This document shows positions 18,955 through 29,063 of a stretch of 53,502 nt of DNA, one piece after another. Position 1 is the stretch's first letter; each line of letters begins with the position of its first letter. Origin of the DNA: an uncultured Acidobacteriota bacterium. GTDB taxonomy: Bacteria; Acidobacteriota; Vicinamibacteria; Vicinamibacterales; UBA8438. Where the stretch lies: positions 1-53,502 of the forward strand of contig CAJWLU010000024.1 of NCBI GenBank assembly GCA_913043225.1, read 5' to 3'. The position numbers were made by a program, and so were the translations under genes. The notes beneath the pieces were generated by a model that made no database searches, was not told where the DNA came from, and was given only the letters and a program-made list of their open reading frames with translations.

Positions 18955-20136
18955 CTAGGTCGATTGTACCTCGGCGGCGAGGGTAGCGGAGAGTTCCCGG
19001 GCCCGCTGGTCGACGGATCGGAGCTCGTCCAGAGACTCCACCGACAGCTGCGCCCGTTCCGCGTCGTCGACCACCGCCGCAATCACATCTGGAATCGCGC
19101 CGAACGGCAATCGCCCAGCGAGGAACACCTCGACCGCAACCTCATTGGCGGCGTTGAGCGCCACCGGTAGTGCCGGCCCCCCGGCCAGAGCCCGGTAGGC
19201 CAGGGCCAGGCAGGGAAATCGCGTGGTATCGGGCTGGGCAAACTCGAGCGTCCCGCAGGCGGCCAGGTCAAGGGGCGGCAGACCAGTGTGCCACCGGTCC
19301 GGGTACGAGAAGGCGTACTGAATCGGCAGACGCATGTCGGTCACGCCCAGCTGAGCCAGCAACGACCCGTCCTGAAACTCAACTAGCGAGTGCACGACCG
19401 ACTGCGGATGCACGACGACGCCGATCCGGTCTCCAGGCACATCGAAAAGCCAGCGGGCCTCGATCACCTCGAGCCCCTTGTTCATCAAGGTTGCGGAGTC
19501 GACGGTGATCTTCCGGCCCATCTGCCATGTGGGATGCGCCAGCGCATCGGTCGGCGTAACTGAGGCGAGCCGTGCAGCTGGCCACTCCCGGAATGGTCCA
19601 CCAGACGCGGTGAGCACCAGCCTGCGAACATCGGACCGCGGCCTCCCGTCTAGGCATTGGTGAATGGCATTGTGTTCGCTGTCGACCGGCAGTACGGCCA
19701 CTCCCCGGCGACGCGCCGCGTCCATCACGAGACCACCAGCCATTACCAGAACTTCCTTATTGGCCAGCGCGATGGTCTTCCCGGCGTCGATAGCGGCGAA
19801 GACGGCCTCCAGCGCGGTGGTGCCCGTGGTCGCGCAGAGCACCAGCTCGACGTCTGGATGGGTCGCGACTGCGCACAGCCCCGCTGGGCCTGCCTCAGCC
19901 ACCGCGACCCGATCACGAGCGCTGGCCGTCAGACCCGCATGTACCTGGTCGAGACCGGCTTTGGACGCTAGAGCTACGGCGCGCGGCCGATATCGCTCGA
20001 CCTGCGACGTGAATCGTTCGATGTTCGCGCCGGCCGCCAACCCAACGATCTCGACACGGTCCGGATGTGTCTCCGCGACAGACAGAGCGCTGCAGCCGAT
20101 CGAGCCGGTCGAGCCAAGGATGGCTATCCGCTTCAT
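18955..20136 (-). CDS. dxr: 1-deoxy-D-xylulose-5-phosphate reductoisomerase
   Basis: LGSTGSIG, LANKE, PVDSEH, TASGGPF, HPTWQMGRKITVDSATLMNKGLE. Confidence 0.97.
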   Translation of the reverse strand: MKRIAILGSTGSIGCSALSVAETHPDRVEIVGLAAGANIERFTSQVERYRPRAVALASKAGLDQVHAGLTASARDRVAVAEAGPAGLCAVATHPDVELVLCATTGTTALEAVFAAIDAGKTIALANKEVLVMAGGLVMDAARRRGVAVLPVDSEHNAIHQCLDGRPRSDVRRLVLTASGGPFREWPAARLASVTPTDALAHPTWQMGRKITVDSATLMNKGLEVIEARWLFDVPGDRIGVVVHPQSVVHSLVEFQDGSLLAQLGVTDMRLPIQYAFSYPDRWHTGLPPLDLAACGTLEFAQPDTTRFPCLALAYRALAGGPALPVALNAANEVAVEVFLAGRLPFGAIPDVIAAVVDDAERAQLSVESLDELRSVDQRARELSATLAAEVQST

Positions 20137-20152
20137 CACGAGGTCCGGATCT

Positions 20153-20929
20153 TCATGCAAACATCAGCCACAGATAGAACCCCGGCGCCGCGAAGAGCAG
20201 GCTGTCGATCCGGTCAAGCACTCCCCCATGGCCAGGAATCAGCCCGGAGCTGTCCTTCAAACCTGCGCCACGCTTCAACTGGGACTCGAACAGATCGCCC
20301 GCAATCCCCAGCGCGACCAGCATCACTCCCACCGACGCCGACGTCATCGTCTCGACCCCGGAGACAACCATTGGCCCCACCCAGCCCATGAACAGGGCGC
20401 CGGCCGCCAACCCGAACCACGCACCCTCTAGCGTCTTGCCGGGGCTTATGGCTGGCGCCAACTGGAATCGCCCGAGCCATCGTCCGCCATAGTACTGCGC
20501 GGTATCGCTGACCATGATGGTGGCCAGCAGGAGCAATACCACGCCGGATCCCTCAGTTATTCTGAGCTGCACCAGGATCCCGATGGGCACACCGAGATAG
20601 ATGAGCGGCAAGAGGGACGCCGCAACATCGAGCAACAGCTCACGGCCGCGTCTGGCCGTGGCCAGGCTCACGATGCTAAGCACCAGCGTGGTTGCCGCGA
20701 GGCCGACCAGCGTCACGTCGTACGCCACGGCGGCGGCCGCAACCGCAACCGCCACCACGACCAGCGGTCCGGGGACGACGGCCCCAAAAGCGCGGGTCAG
20801 ACCGAGATACTCGATACCGGCACCTACCAGGGCCAACGCGGCGAGCACAAGGGTGGCGATGGGGGGGAAAAACCAGATAGTGCCGAGGACGATTGGGAGG
20901 AGCGCAAGCGCGCTAAGGACACGGGTCAC
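20153..20929 (-). CDS. cdsA: Phosphatidate cytidylyltransferase
   Basis: SPGKTLEG, GDLFESQLKR, KDSSGLIPGHGGVLDRIDS. Confidence 0.95.
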   Translation of the reverse strand: MTRVLSALALLPIVLGTIWFFPPIATLVLAALALVGAGIEYLGLTRAFGAVVPGPLVVVAVAVAAAAVAYDVTLVGLAATTLVLSIVSLATARRGRELLLDVAASLLPLIYLGVPIGILVQLRITEGSGVVLLLLATIMVSDTAQYYGGRWLGRFQLAPAISPGKTLEGAWFGLAAGALFMGWVGPMVVSGVETMTSASVGVMLVALGIAGDLFESQLKRGAGLKDSSGLIPGHGGVLDRIDSLLFAAPGFYLWLMFA

Positions 20930-20944
20930 GGAACGTTAGGGCCC

Positions 20945-21727
20945 TCAGCCCACGACAACGGGACGGGTAATCCCGCCGTAGCGTCGCTCTCGCTTCTGGT
21001 AGTCCAGGATTGCCTGAAGCAGATGGCGAGCCCGAAAGTCTGGCCATAACATCTCGGTCACCCAAATCTCCGCGTACGCGATCTGCCAGAGCAGAAAGTT
21101 ACTGACCCGCATCTCCCCACTCGTACGGATCAGTAAGTCGGGATCAGGCTGTCCGGCGGTGTAGAGCAGGTCACCGAACCGCTGCTCGTCCAGCTCTGAC
21201 GGGTCGAGCCCCTGGCGCATAGCTCGACGCGTTGCCTCCACGATCTCGGCCCGGCCTCCGTAGTTGAGCGCAATGTTGAACAGCATGCCGCCATTGGCCC
21301 GCGTTCGCTCCTGCCCTTCATCCAGCTCCCGCTGGACATCGACCGGCAGATCCTCAGGCCGACCGATAACCTGGAGTCGAATGTCGTTCGCCTGCAGGTT
21401 CTCAAGCTCAAGACGAAGGTACCGCTTCAAAAGACCCATGAGTACCGCTACTTCGGCCCGCGGCCGCTTCCAGTTTTCGACCGAGAACGCGTAGAGCGTA
21501 AGCACGTCCAACCCGAGACGGGCGGAGGTTTCCACAACGTCACGCACCGCGTCGATCCCGGCCCGATGCCCCTCGACCCTGGGCAAATGGCGCTGAGCCG
21601 CCCAACGTCCGTTACCGTCCATGATCACGGCGACGTGAGCCGGCAGCCGGTCGAAGTCGACTTCACCGGCAAGTGCCTGTTCAGGGGAACCAGCAGGAGC
21701 CCAGGCCAGCAGATCTTGGAGACTCAT
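20945..21727 (-). CDS. uppS: Undecaprenyl diphosphate synthase
   Basis: IMDGNGRWA, YAFSVENWKRP, PDLLIRTSGEMRVSNFLLWQ. Confidence 0.97.
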   Translation of the reverse strand: MSLQDLLAWAPAGSPEQALAGEVDFDRLPAHVAVIMDGNGRWAAQRHLPRVEGHRAGIDAVRDVVETSARLGLDVLTLYAFSVENWKRPRAEVAVLMGLLKRYLRLELENLQANDIRLQVIGRPEDLPVDVQRELDEGQERTRANGGMLFNIALNYGGRAEIVEATRRAMRQGLDPSELDEQRFGDLLYTAGQPDPDLLIRTSGEMRVSNFLLWQIAYAEIWVTEMLWPDFRARHLLQAILDYQKRERRYGGITRPVVVG

Positions 21728-21789
21728 GGGACGAACACTCGTCGCGTATGGACGCTAACTCTTGATGATACGAGCTGTTAGCGACCCGT

Positions 21790-22584
21790 TCAAGGACCCG
21801 ACCCATACTCGACACGCACCAGAAACAGGCCATGTGCCGGAGCCGTTCGACCTGCAGCTTCCCGCTCGCGCCGCTCGAGGGCGCGCGGGATCGCGTCGGG
21901 CGACAGCCGACCGGTCCCGATGTCAACCAGCGTACCGATAATGATGCGGACCATGTGCCGGAGGAACCCAGATCCGTGCAGGTCAATCGTGGTTACCTCC
22001 GCGGATGGATGGCTCGCCAGCGCGCCCGGCGCACCGCGACCTACCGTAATCGCACGTAGTTCGCGCACTGTGGTCTGGACGTCGCTGCCCACCGCTTGGA
22101 ACGCTGCGAAGTCATGGGTCCCGATCAATGGCTGCGCCATCGCCTCGAGTCGCGCATCGTCGAATTGGGCCGGAATAAACCAGGCGTAGCGGCGTTCGAA
22201 GGGACTCACGGTCTGGCCATGCAGCAGGCGGTAACGGTAGCGCTTGGCGGTGGCATCGAACCTGGCATGGAAGGCGTCTGGCACCTCGGACAAGGCGAGC
22301 ACCCGCACATCTAGTGGGAGTGTCGCATTGAGCGCGCGGGCAAGCGCGTCGGCGTTGATACTTGTCAGCATCTTCACGCTTGCGACCTGCCCCAGTGCAT
22401 GGACCCCGGCGTCGGTCCGGCCCGCTCCCACCAGCGTCACCGGCATGCCGCCCGCCAACGGCTCCAATGCGGACTCGATGGTGGCTTGCACCGACGGGCC
22501 ATTCTGCTGACGTTGCCACCCCACGTAGGCCGCGCCATCGTAGGCCAGCGTGAGCTTGAAGGTGCGCGTCGACGGACCGGACAC
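21790..22584 (-). CDS. truA: tRNA pseudouridine(38-40) synthase
   Basis: YDG..GWQ, GRTDAGVHA, FHARF, GFLRHMVR, TAPAHGL. Confidence 0.96.
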   Translation of the reverse strand: MSGPSTRTFKLTLAYDGAAYVGWQRQQNGPSVQATIESALEPLAGGMPVTLVGAGRTDAGVHALGQVASVKMLTSINADALARALNATLPLDVRVLALSEVPDAFHARFDATAKRYRYRLLHGQTVSPFERRYAWFIPAQFDDARLEAMAQPLIGTHDFAAFQAVGSDVQTTVRELRAITVGRGAPGALASHPSAEVTTIDLHGSGFLRHMVRIIIGTLVDIGTGRLSPDAIPRALERREREAAGRTAPAHGLFLVRVEYGSGP

Positions 22585-22602
22585 GCGCGCGGCTCCCAGG
22601 CT

Positions 22603-23178
22603 TCAGTGCCCGGGCCGCGAACCGGGCTTTAAGACCGGCTCGCCGCGGGCACAGCGAGGACACTCCGAAGGTTCGTAGGCGGAAAGCGGGATCTGCACCA
22701 GCGCATCGAACGGCACAGAAAAGCTGACCGGCTCCTCTCCGCGATCGATGATGGACGCCGCGCCCACGACCTCTCCCCCTGCCGCCGTCGCCACCTCGAT
22801 GGTCTCGCGCGTGGAACCGCCCGTGGTCACGACGTCCTCCACCACGAGTACGCGTGCATCGGGCTCAATCCGGAAGCCCCGACGCAGCTGGAGATCACCG
22901 TCTCTTCGCTCGGCGAACATGGCCGGCACGCCGAGCGCGCGGGCTACTTCGTACCCGATGATGACGCCACCGAGCGCCGGGGACAGCACGACCTCCGGCT
23001 GCAGCCGCTCGGCCTGTTCGGCGAGCGTCCGGCCCAAAGCCGATGCATGCTCCGGATAACGCAGCACCTGAGCACACTGCAAATAGCCCGCGCTATGCAA
23101 TCCGGAGGACAGCTGGAAGTGTCCCTCGAGTAGCCCCTCGCAGCGACGGAAGAGGTCGAGAACGGTCGTGGAGTCCAT
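22603..23178 (-). CDS. pyrE: Orotate phosphoribosyltransferase
   Basis: GHFQLSSGLHS, VVEDVVTTGGS PRPP motif, KPGSR tail; ATG 23178. Confidence 0.93.
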   Translation of the reverse strand: MDSTTVLDLFRRCEGLLEGHFQLSSGLHSAGYLQCAQVLRYPEHASALGRTLAEQAERLQPEVVLSPALGGVIIGYEVARALGVPAMFAERRDGDLQLRRGFRIEPDARVLVVEDVVTTGGSTRETIEVATAAGGEVVGAASIIDRGEEPVSFSVPFDALVQIPLSAYEPSECPRCARGEPVLKPGSRPGH

Positions 23179-23274
23179 AGCGAGGCTTGGCGTCTGCTCG
23201 GCGCGACCGCCGATCAGTGCAAGAGAGTATACCCTCGGACGGCTACCCCGAGGGAAAGCGGGTACACTCGCGGC

Positions 23275-24036
23275 GTGCCCAAGTTGTCGGTGACGATCAT
23301 CACCTTGAACGAAGCTCGAAACATCGAGGCGGCGCTCGAGTCGGTCTCCTGGGCCGACGAGGTAATCGTGGTGGACTCGGGCAGCCGCGACGACACCGTC
23401 GGCATCGCGACCCGATTCGGAGCTCGGGTCAGCCAGCGAGACTGGCCGGGCTACGGAGCGCAGAAGGACCACGCGGCCAGCCTCGCCACTCACGAGTGGG
23501 TGCTCTCGCTCGACGCCGACGAGCGGGTCACGCCGGAGCTAGCGGCCGAGATCCAGGAGGTACTCGGACATGACCCTCCCTGCCGCGGCTACCGCATGCC
23601 CCGCACCACCCGCTACCTGGGCCAGTGGCTGCGGACCACAGACTTCTATCCGGACCATCAGCTCAGACTCTACGACCGTCGGACCGGCTGCTGGAGTCGC
23701 GCCTCAGTCCACGAATCTGTGCAGGTCGACGGGGCGGTCGGGACACTCCGACACGATCTTCGCCATCATCCCTACAACGATCTGGCCGCGCACCTCCGCA
23801 CCATCAACCACTACACCACGCTAGCCGCCGCCGAGCAGTTCGCACGCGGGCGGCGGGCTGGCGTTCTCGACCTCCTCGTCCGCCCCCCCTTGGCGTTCGC
23901 ACGGAACTACCTGCTGCGCCTTGGATGTCTCCAGGGCGTAACCGGCCTGGTCGTCTCGATAATGAACGCCCATTACGTCTTTCTCAAGCAGGTCAAGCTG
24001 CGAGAGCTTGGGCTGCGAGCTGGACGTGAGGGCTGA
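23275..24036 (+). CDS. GT2 glycosyltransferase (LPS beta-1,4-glucosyltransferase-like)
   Basis: IITLNE, VVDSGSRDDT, LDADE, VHE motifs. Confidence 0.9.
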   Translation: MPKLSVTIITLNEARNIEAALESVSWADEVIVVDSGSRDDTVGIATRFGARVSQRDWPGYGAQKDHAASLATHEWVLSLDADERVTPELAAEIQEVLGHDPPCRGYRMPRTTRYLGQWLRTTDFYPDHQLRLYDRRTGCWSRASVHESVQVDGAVGTLRHDLRHHPYNDLAAHLRTINHYTTLAAAEQFARGRRAGVLDLLVRPPLAFARNYLLRLGCLQGVTGLVVSIMNAHYVFLKQVKLRELGLRAGREG

Positions 24037-24045
24037 TTAGGCGAG

Positions 24046-25176
24046 ATGTTTTCCCTCCATGTCGATACGGCGCGGACGTGGCGCGGCGGCCAGAATCAGG
24101 TACTGCTCACCGTGCTCGGCCTGCGATCACGCGGACATCGCGCTGCGCTGGTCGCGCACCCCGACGGGGAACTGCAGCGCCGGGCCGCGGAGGGGCCAGA
24201 CCTGATCCCGATTGCCAACACCGGAGAGATGGACTTCGTGGCTGCGTGGCGTCTCTCGCGCTTGCTGCGCGCGATGCGACCAGATGTCGTGCACGCGCAT
24301 GACGCCCACGCCGTCGCAATGGTTGCCCTGGCTCGCTCACTGGGTCCGCTCTATCCACCCCCGCGCTTCGTGGTCTCACGACGCGTTGATTTCCACATTC
24401 GCGACAACACCTTCTCCCGCTGGAAGTACAGCAAAGTCGATCTCTTTTTGTGCGCGTCGAACGCCATCAGGAAGATGCTGATCGGCGACGGCGTACCAGC
24501 CGAGCGGACGACCACCGTCCACGACGGGTGCGACCTCGAACGGGTCTCCACCGCGCCGCCGCTGGACGTCCACCAGGAGTTATCGCTGCCACGGGGCACC
24601 CCGGTGGTCGGGAATATCGCTGCTCTCGTACCTCACAAGGGACATCGCTATCTGGTGAGCGCTGCGGCCGCCGTGGTACGCGATGTACCAGATGTCCGGT
24701 TCGTGATCATCGGCGAAGGCGAGCTTAAATCGTCACTCCGCCGCCAGATCAAGGAGCATCACCTCGAGAAGCACGTGTTGCTGACCGGTTTTCGAGCAGA
24801 CGCGTTGTCGCTGCAGAAAAGCTTCGACCTGTTCGCCATGAGCTCGGTAACCGAGGGAATGGGCTCGGTGTTGCTCGACGCAATGGAGCTCACTCAGCCG
24901 ATCGTCGCCACCGCGGCTGGGGGCATTCCCGAGGTCGTGGTCGACGGCGAAACCGGCGTGCTCGTTCCTCCACGGGACGCGACGGCCCTCGCCGCCGCCA
25001 TCGTCAGGCTGCTGCGTGACCCGGAGCGGCAGGCCCGACTAGGCGCGGCCGCGCGACAGCGGGTCCGTGCCTCGTTCAGCGTCGAGCGAATGGTCCAGCG
25101 GATACTCGATGCCTACGACCGCCTGGCCGACAGACCCCGCGGAGCGGACACTGCTCATCCCGCTGAGGCCGGCTGA
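24046..25176 (+). CDS. GT4 glycosyltransferase
   Basis: WRGGQNQ, HKG, EGMGSVLLDAM, GGIPEVV. Confidence 0.9.
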   Translation: MFSLHVDTARTWRGGQNQVLLTVLGLRSRGHRAALVAHPDGELQRRAAEGPDLIPIANTGEMDFVAAWRLSRLLRAMRPDVVHAHDAHAVAMVALARSLGPLYPPPRFVVSRRVDFHIRDNTFSRWKYSKVDLFLCASNAIRKMLIGDGVPAERTTTVHDGCDLERVSTAPPLDVHQELSLPRGTPVVGNIAALVPHKGHRYLVSAAAAVVRDVPDVRFVIIGEGELKSSLRRQIKEHHLEKHVLLTGFRADALSLQKSFDLFAMSSVTEGMGSVLLDAMELTQPIVATAAGGIPEVVVDGETGVLVPPRDATALAAAIVRLLRDPERQARLGAAARQRVRASFSVERMVQRILDAYDRLADRPRGADTAHPAEAG

Positions 25177-26008
25177 ACCCGCAGGCGTCCATCATCCCAA
25201 GGTGACACATCGAGAAGTCGTAGCGCACCGGATCCCTTGGATCGATGCGACGCAGCGACGCGGTGATCTCACGCGCCATCCTCCACCCTGGGCTCTTGTA
25301 GCGGGTCAGGCGGAGGCAACGTCCCACCCTGATGATGTGCGTGTCGAGCGGCACGATGAGCTGTGACGGCGAAACTCCCTGCCAGAGCCCGAGGTCAACG
25401 GCATCCCGGCGCACCATCCAACGCAAGAAGAGATTCAGACGCTTGCAGGCACTGCCGCGGCTCGGCTCGGGAAAGAAGTAATCCACCCCACGCCGCCCTC
25501 CGACCCGCCGGCCATAGACGGCTTCCAGGTCGTACCCGCGAGCTCGCCGAGAGAAGCGATCGAGCGCGGACCCGACATCGGGGTCGTCCGGCGCGAGACC
25601 CTCAAGGAAGCATGCCTCCAGTGATCCCGCCTCTGACAACATCTGGCGCATGATCCACAGCAACGCCACGAGATCGTCATGTCGAATCCACCGGTGCCCG
25701 AGCTCCCGCATCCTGCCACGATGACGGTCGGGGTCGAATCGACGCACGAACGCCGCCGGATGCCTTCCCATTACTTCGAGCAGAGCGTCGGTCGTGGCCA
25801 AGACGCTCGCCACTCGGCCGAACGCCAGCCCAGCCGCACAGAACGCCACGACCTCCTGGTCATCCGGGCGACGGTAGCGTCGAACCACCTGGATAGGGTC
25901 GGTCGTCGAATCGGCGTCGTTGAACGCCTCGTAGAGGCGATCAAGCGAGGTCTTCAGCGTCGCTAGTTTCGCCGCGGAGGCCTGCGCGGTAGGACGCGCC
26001 TTGGTCAT
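25076..26008 (-). CDS. TIGR02757 / DUF2400 family protein
   Basis: DPIQ, AFGRV, SACKRLNLFLRWMVR, PLDTH, DPVRYDF; ATGA-coupled to pyrC. Confidence 0.88.
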   Translation of the reverse strand: MTKARPTAQASAAKLATLKTSLDRLYEAFNDADSTTDPIQVVRRYRRPDDQEVVAFCAAGLAFGRVASVLATTDALLEVMGRHPAAFVRRFDPDRHRGRMRELGHRWIRHDDLVALLWIMRQMLSEAGSLEACFLEGLAPDDPDVGSALDRFSRRARGYDLEAVYGRRVGGRRGVDYFFPEPSRGSACKRLNLFLRWMVRRDAVDLGLWQGVSPSQLIVPLDTHIIRVGRCLRLTRYKSPGWRMAREITASLRRIDPRDPVRYDFSMCHLGMMDACGFSRPQRDEQCPLRGVCRPGGRRHRVSAGPFARR

Positions 26009-27330
26009 GCGCCGATCTGGAGCTGGTCAGCGCCACTGACCGCGGCGTTGACGAAGACCGCGCGGCCGTCCACGAACGTCGCCGCGACCCCACCCTTGAA
26101 GGAGCGCCCGTCAAACGGACTGTTTCGACCGAGCGACCGAAAGGTCGTACTGTCGACCTGCACCGGGAGGTCCGGCGCCAACAGTGTGAGGTCGGCGGGA
26201 GCCCCGACCGACAGCCCTCCACCAGGCACATCCAAGATGCGAGCAGGATTGACCGACATTAACTCGACCATTCGGCCGAGTGAGATCACCCCGCCATGTA
26301 CCAGCCGATCTAGACAGACAGAGACCGCGGTTTCGAGACCGACGACCCCAAACGGTGCCTGGTCGAACTCCACCAGCTTCTCGTCATAGTGATGCGGGGC
26401 ATGGTCGGTGGCGATGACGTCGATCACGCCGTCTCGCACCGCCTCCACGAGCGCCGCCCGGTCGCCGGTCTCACGTAACGGGGGGTTGACCTTGTATCGA
26501 GTGTCGTAAGCGTCGAGCTCCTCGTCGGTCAGTGCCAGGTGGTGCGGCGTGACTTCGCAGCTCACCCGCGCGCCGCTGGCCTTCCCGGCGGCGACCGCGG
26601 CGACGGCGGCGCGGCTACTCAGGTGGGCGATGTGCACGGCAGCTCCGGTCGTACAAGCCAGCGCGATGTCGCGTTCCACCAGAATCTGCTCCGCAACCGC
26701 AGGCCGGCCACGCAACCCGAGCGATGCGGCGCGAAATCCCTCGTGCGCCACACCTCCGTCGGCAAGAGACATATCCTCGCAGTGGTCGATGACGGGCATC
26801 CCGAACATGCCGGCGTACTCCAGTGCCCGTCGCATAAGCAGTGCGCTGGCCACGGGCTGGCCGTCGTCGGACACCGCCACGCAGCCAGCTTCGTGCAGCT
26901 CTCCCAACTCCGCCAGCTGCTCCCCGGCTCTGCCGCGACTCACCGCTCCGATGGGATACACCCGCGCGAGGCCAGCGTCAGCGGCCCGCTCCAGAATCAA
27001 CCGGGTCACCCCGGCCTCGTCATTGGCCGGCTCGGTGTTCGGCATGCACGCCACCGCCGTGAACCCTCCGGCGACCGCCGCGGCCAACCCGGTGGCGATC
27101 GTCTCCTTGTGCTCCTGGCCCGGCTCACGCAAGTGCACATGCATATCGATGAGTCCGGGACAAACGACACAGCCGTCCGGCACCGCGACCTCCCGGACAC
27201 CCTCGGGCAGAATGAGGTCGACTCCCACCCCCGCGATCCGGCTCTCCTCGATGAACACGTCGACGTGCCCGTCGACATCGTTCGCCGGGTCCACGACCCG
27301 CCCCCCACGCAGCACAACCGCGTCAGCCAC
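26005..27330 (-). CDS. pyrC: Dihydroorotase
   Basis: [35 protein letters not shown]. Confidence 0.96.
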   Translation of the reverse strand: MADAVVLRGGRVVDPANDVDGHVDVFIEESRIAGVGVDLILPEGVREVAVPDGCVVCPGLIDMHVHLREPGQEHKETIATGLAAAVAGGFTAVACMPNTEPANDEAGVTRLILERAADAGLARVYPIGAVSRGRAGEQLAELGELHEAGCVAVSDDGQPVASALLMRRALEYAGMFGMPVIDHCEDMSLADGGVAHEGFRAASLGLRGRPAVAEQILVERDIALACTTGAAVHIAHLSSRAAVAAVAAGKASGARVSCEVTPHHLALTDEELDAYDTRYKVNPPLRETGDRAALVEAVRDGVIDVIATDHAPHHYDEKLVEFDQAPFGVVGLETAVSVCLDRLVHGGVISLGRMVELMSVNPARILDVPGGGLSVGAPADLTLLAPDLPVQVDSTTFRSLGRNSPFDGRSFKGGVAATFVDGRAVFVNAAVSGADQLQIGA

Positions 27331-28315
27331 CCTGGCCTCCCGACAGCAGATACAACACCGCCATCCTGATGGCGACGCCATTGGCTACCTGTTCAAGGAT
27401 GACCGACCCGGGGCCGTCAGCCACATCCGACGCGATCTCGACCCCGCGGTTCATAGGCCCGGGGTGCATGATGATGGCGTCAGGGGCAGCTCGGCGTAGC
27501 CGCTCGGCCGTCATGCCGAAGCACCGGAAGTACTCGCGCAGAGAGGGAAAAAAGTGCCCCTGCATCCGCTCGAGCTGAATCCGAAGCAACATGACCACGT
27601 CGGCCCCATCCACCGCTTCGTCGATCGAGGTGGTCGCCCTGACACCGAACCTGGCCGCCTCCGGCAACATGAGCGTCGCCGGAGCACACACCGTGACCGC
27701 GGCCCCCAGCGCCTCGAGAAGCAACAAGTTCGAGCGGAGCACGCGGCTGTGAAGCAGGTCACCCACGATCGAGACACGCAAGCCGTCGAAACACCCTTTG
27801 TGCTCTCGGATGGTCAGAGCATCGAGCAGCGCCTGGGTCGGGTGCTCATGCATGCCGTCCCCGGCGTTGATCACGCGGGCCTTACACAGCTTGGCGACGA
27901 GATGGCCCGCACCGGCGGCCGCATGCCGCACCACGATGACATCGGGTGCCATCGCCTCGAGGTTGCGCACGGTGTCGGCCAGGGTCTCCCCCTTCGCCAG
28001 GCTCGACCCGCTGGCCACTACGTTCACCGTGTCTGCGCTGAGCCGCTTCTCGGCTATCTCGAACGATGTGCGTGTTCGGGTACTCGCCTCGAAGAAGAGA
28101 TTTACGACGGTCTGGCCGCGCAGAGCCGGTACCTTCTTGATGGCCCTGGTGCCGACCTCCTGCATCGCCTCGGCGGTGTCGAGAATCAGCAGGATCTCCT
28201 CGGCGGATAGATCGCCGATGCTCAACAGATCCGTCGTCCGAAGACCTGCGGGCGTCGACAATACCGACGTCCCGGCGCTATGGGCGTCGCGACCGGTATC
28301 AGCTGTCTGGGGCAT
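27323..28315 (-). CDS. pyrB: Aspartate carbamoyltransferase catalytic subunit
   Basis: [32 protein letters not shown]. Confidence 0.97.
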   Translation of the reverse strand: MPQTADTGRDAHSAGTSVLSTPAGLRTTDLLSIGDLSAEEILLILDTAEAMQEVGTRAIKKVPALRGQTVVNLFFEASTRTRTSFEIAEKRLSADTVNVVASGSSLAKGETLADTVRNLEAMAPDVIVVRHAAAGAGHLVAKLCKARVINAGDGMHEHPTQALLDALTIREHKGCFDGLRVSIVGDLLHSRVLRSNLLLLEALGAAVTVCAPATLMLPEAARFGVRATTSIDEAVDGADVVMLLRIQLERMQGHFFPSLREYFRCFGMTAERLRRAAPDAIIMHPGPMNRGVEIASDVADGPGSVILEQVANGVAIRMAVLYLLSGGQGG

Positions 28316-28841
28316 CCTCGATCACCACTTCGTCACGGTCTTCGACTTCCGACAGCCTCACCTGGACGCTCTCCTGCAGTGAGGTCGGGAGGTTCTTTCC
28401 CACGTAGTCGGCCTTGATCGGGAGCTCCCGGTGCCCGCGATCCACCAGCACGACCAGTTCGATGGCCCGTGGACGCCCAAAGTCAATTAGCGCATCGAGT
28501 GCGGCCCGAATCGTCCGGCCGGTATAGAGCACGTCGTCGACCAACACGATGCGCCGATCGTCGATCGAGAAGTCGATCTCGGTTCGTCGGAGCACCGGTT
28601 GCGGACCCACCGGATGCCGCATCAGGTCATCGCGATAGAGCGTGATATCGAGCACGCCGGTCGGTACGTCGACCTTCACGATCTCGGCCAACGCCTCCGA
28701 CAGCCGCCTGGCAATCGGGACTCCTCGGGTACGGATGCCGATCAAGGCAAGGGACTCAAGCGAGTGATGACGCTCCACAATTTCGTGAGCGATCCTTGCG
28801 ATGGTACGGGCGACTTGGTCCGACGACATCACGACCGGCAT
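28299..28841 (-). CDS. pyrR: Pyrimidine regulatory protein / UPRTase
   Basis: [42 protein letters not shown]. Confidence 0.97.
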   Translation of the reverse strand: MPVVMSSDQVARTIARIAHEIVERHHSLESLALIGIRTRGVPIARRLSEALAEIVKVDVPTGVLDITLYRDDLMRHPVGPQPVLRRTEIDFSIDDRRIVLVDDVLYTGRTIRAALDALIDFGRPRAIELVVLVDRGHRELPIKADYVGKNLPTSLQESVQVRLSEVEDRDEVVIEDAPDS

Positions 28842-28941
28842 GCAACCTCCCGGAGACCGGCGGGCGCACGACGACCGCATCGGACCATGCGGGGACTTTG
28901 GACGTGGAACGGGGGAGGGCTAAGTAAGTGCACCGGCTGTC

Positions 28942-28975
28942 CTCTTTGCGACCTCACAGGGTCTGCATTAAAGAG
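28942..28975 (-). promoter_or_regulatory. PyrR-binding RNA element
   Basis: Minus strand CUCUUUAAUGCAGACCCUGUGAGGUCGCAAAGAG fits the CUUUAA..ARUCCNGNGAGGYU..AAAG pattern; lies in the pyrR leader. Confidence 0.85.
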
Positions 28976-28982
28976 TCGCCCG

Positions 28983-29011
28983 ATCATATTGCTCACTGGA
29001 CACTGATGCAA
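28983..29011 (-). promoter_or_regulatory. Sigma70 promoter of pyrRBC
   Basis: TTGCAT, 17 nt, TATGAT; predicted start falls right at the PyrR element. Confidence 0.7.
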
Positions 29012-29063
29012 GGGAGACCGGTCTCAGCAGAAGCTTGGAGGCCTTCGGTTATACTCGGCGCTT

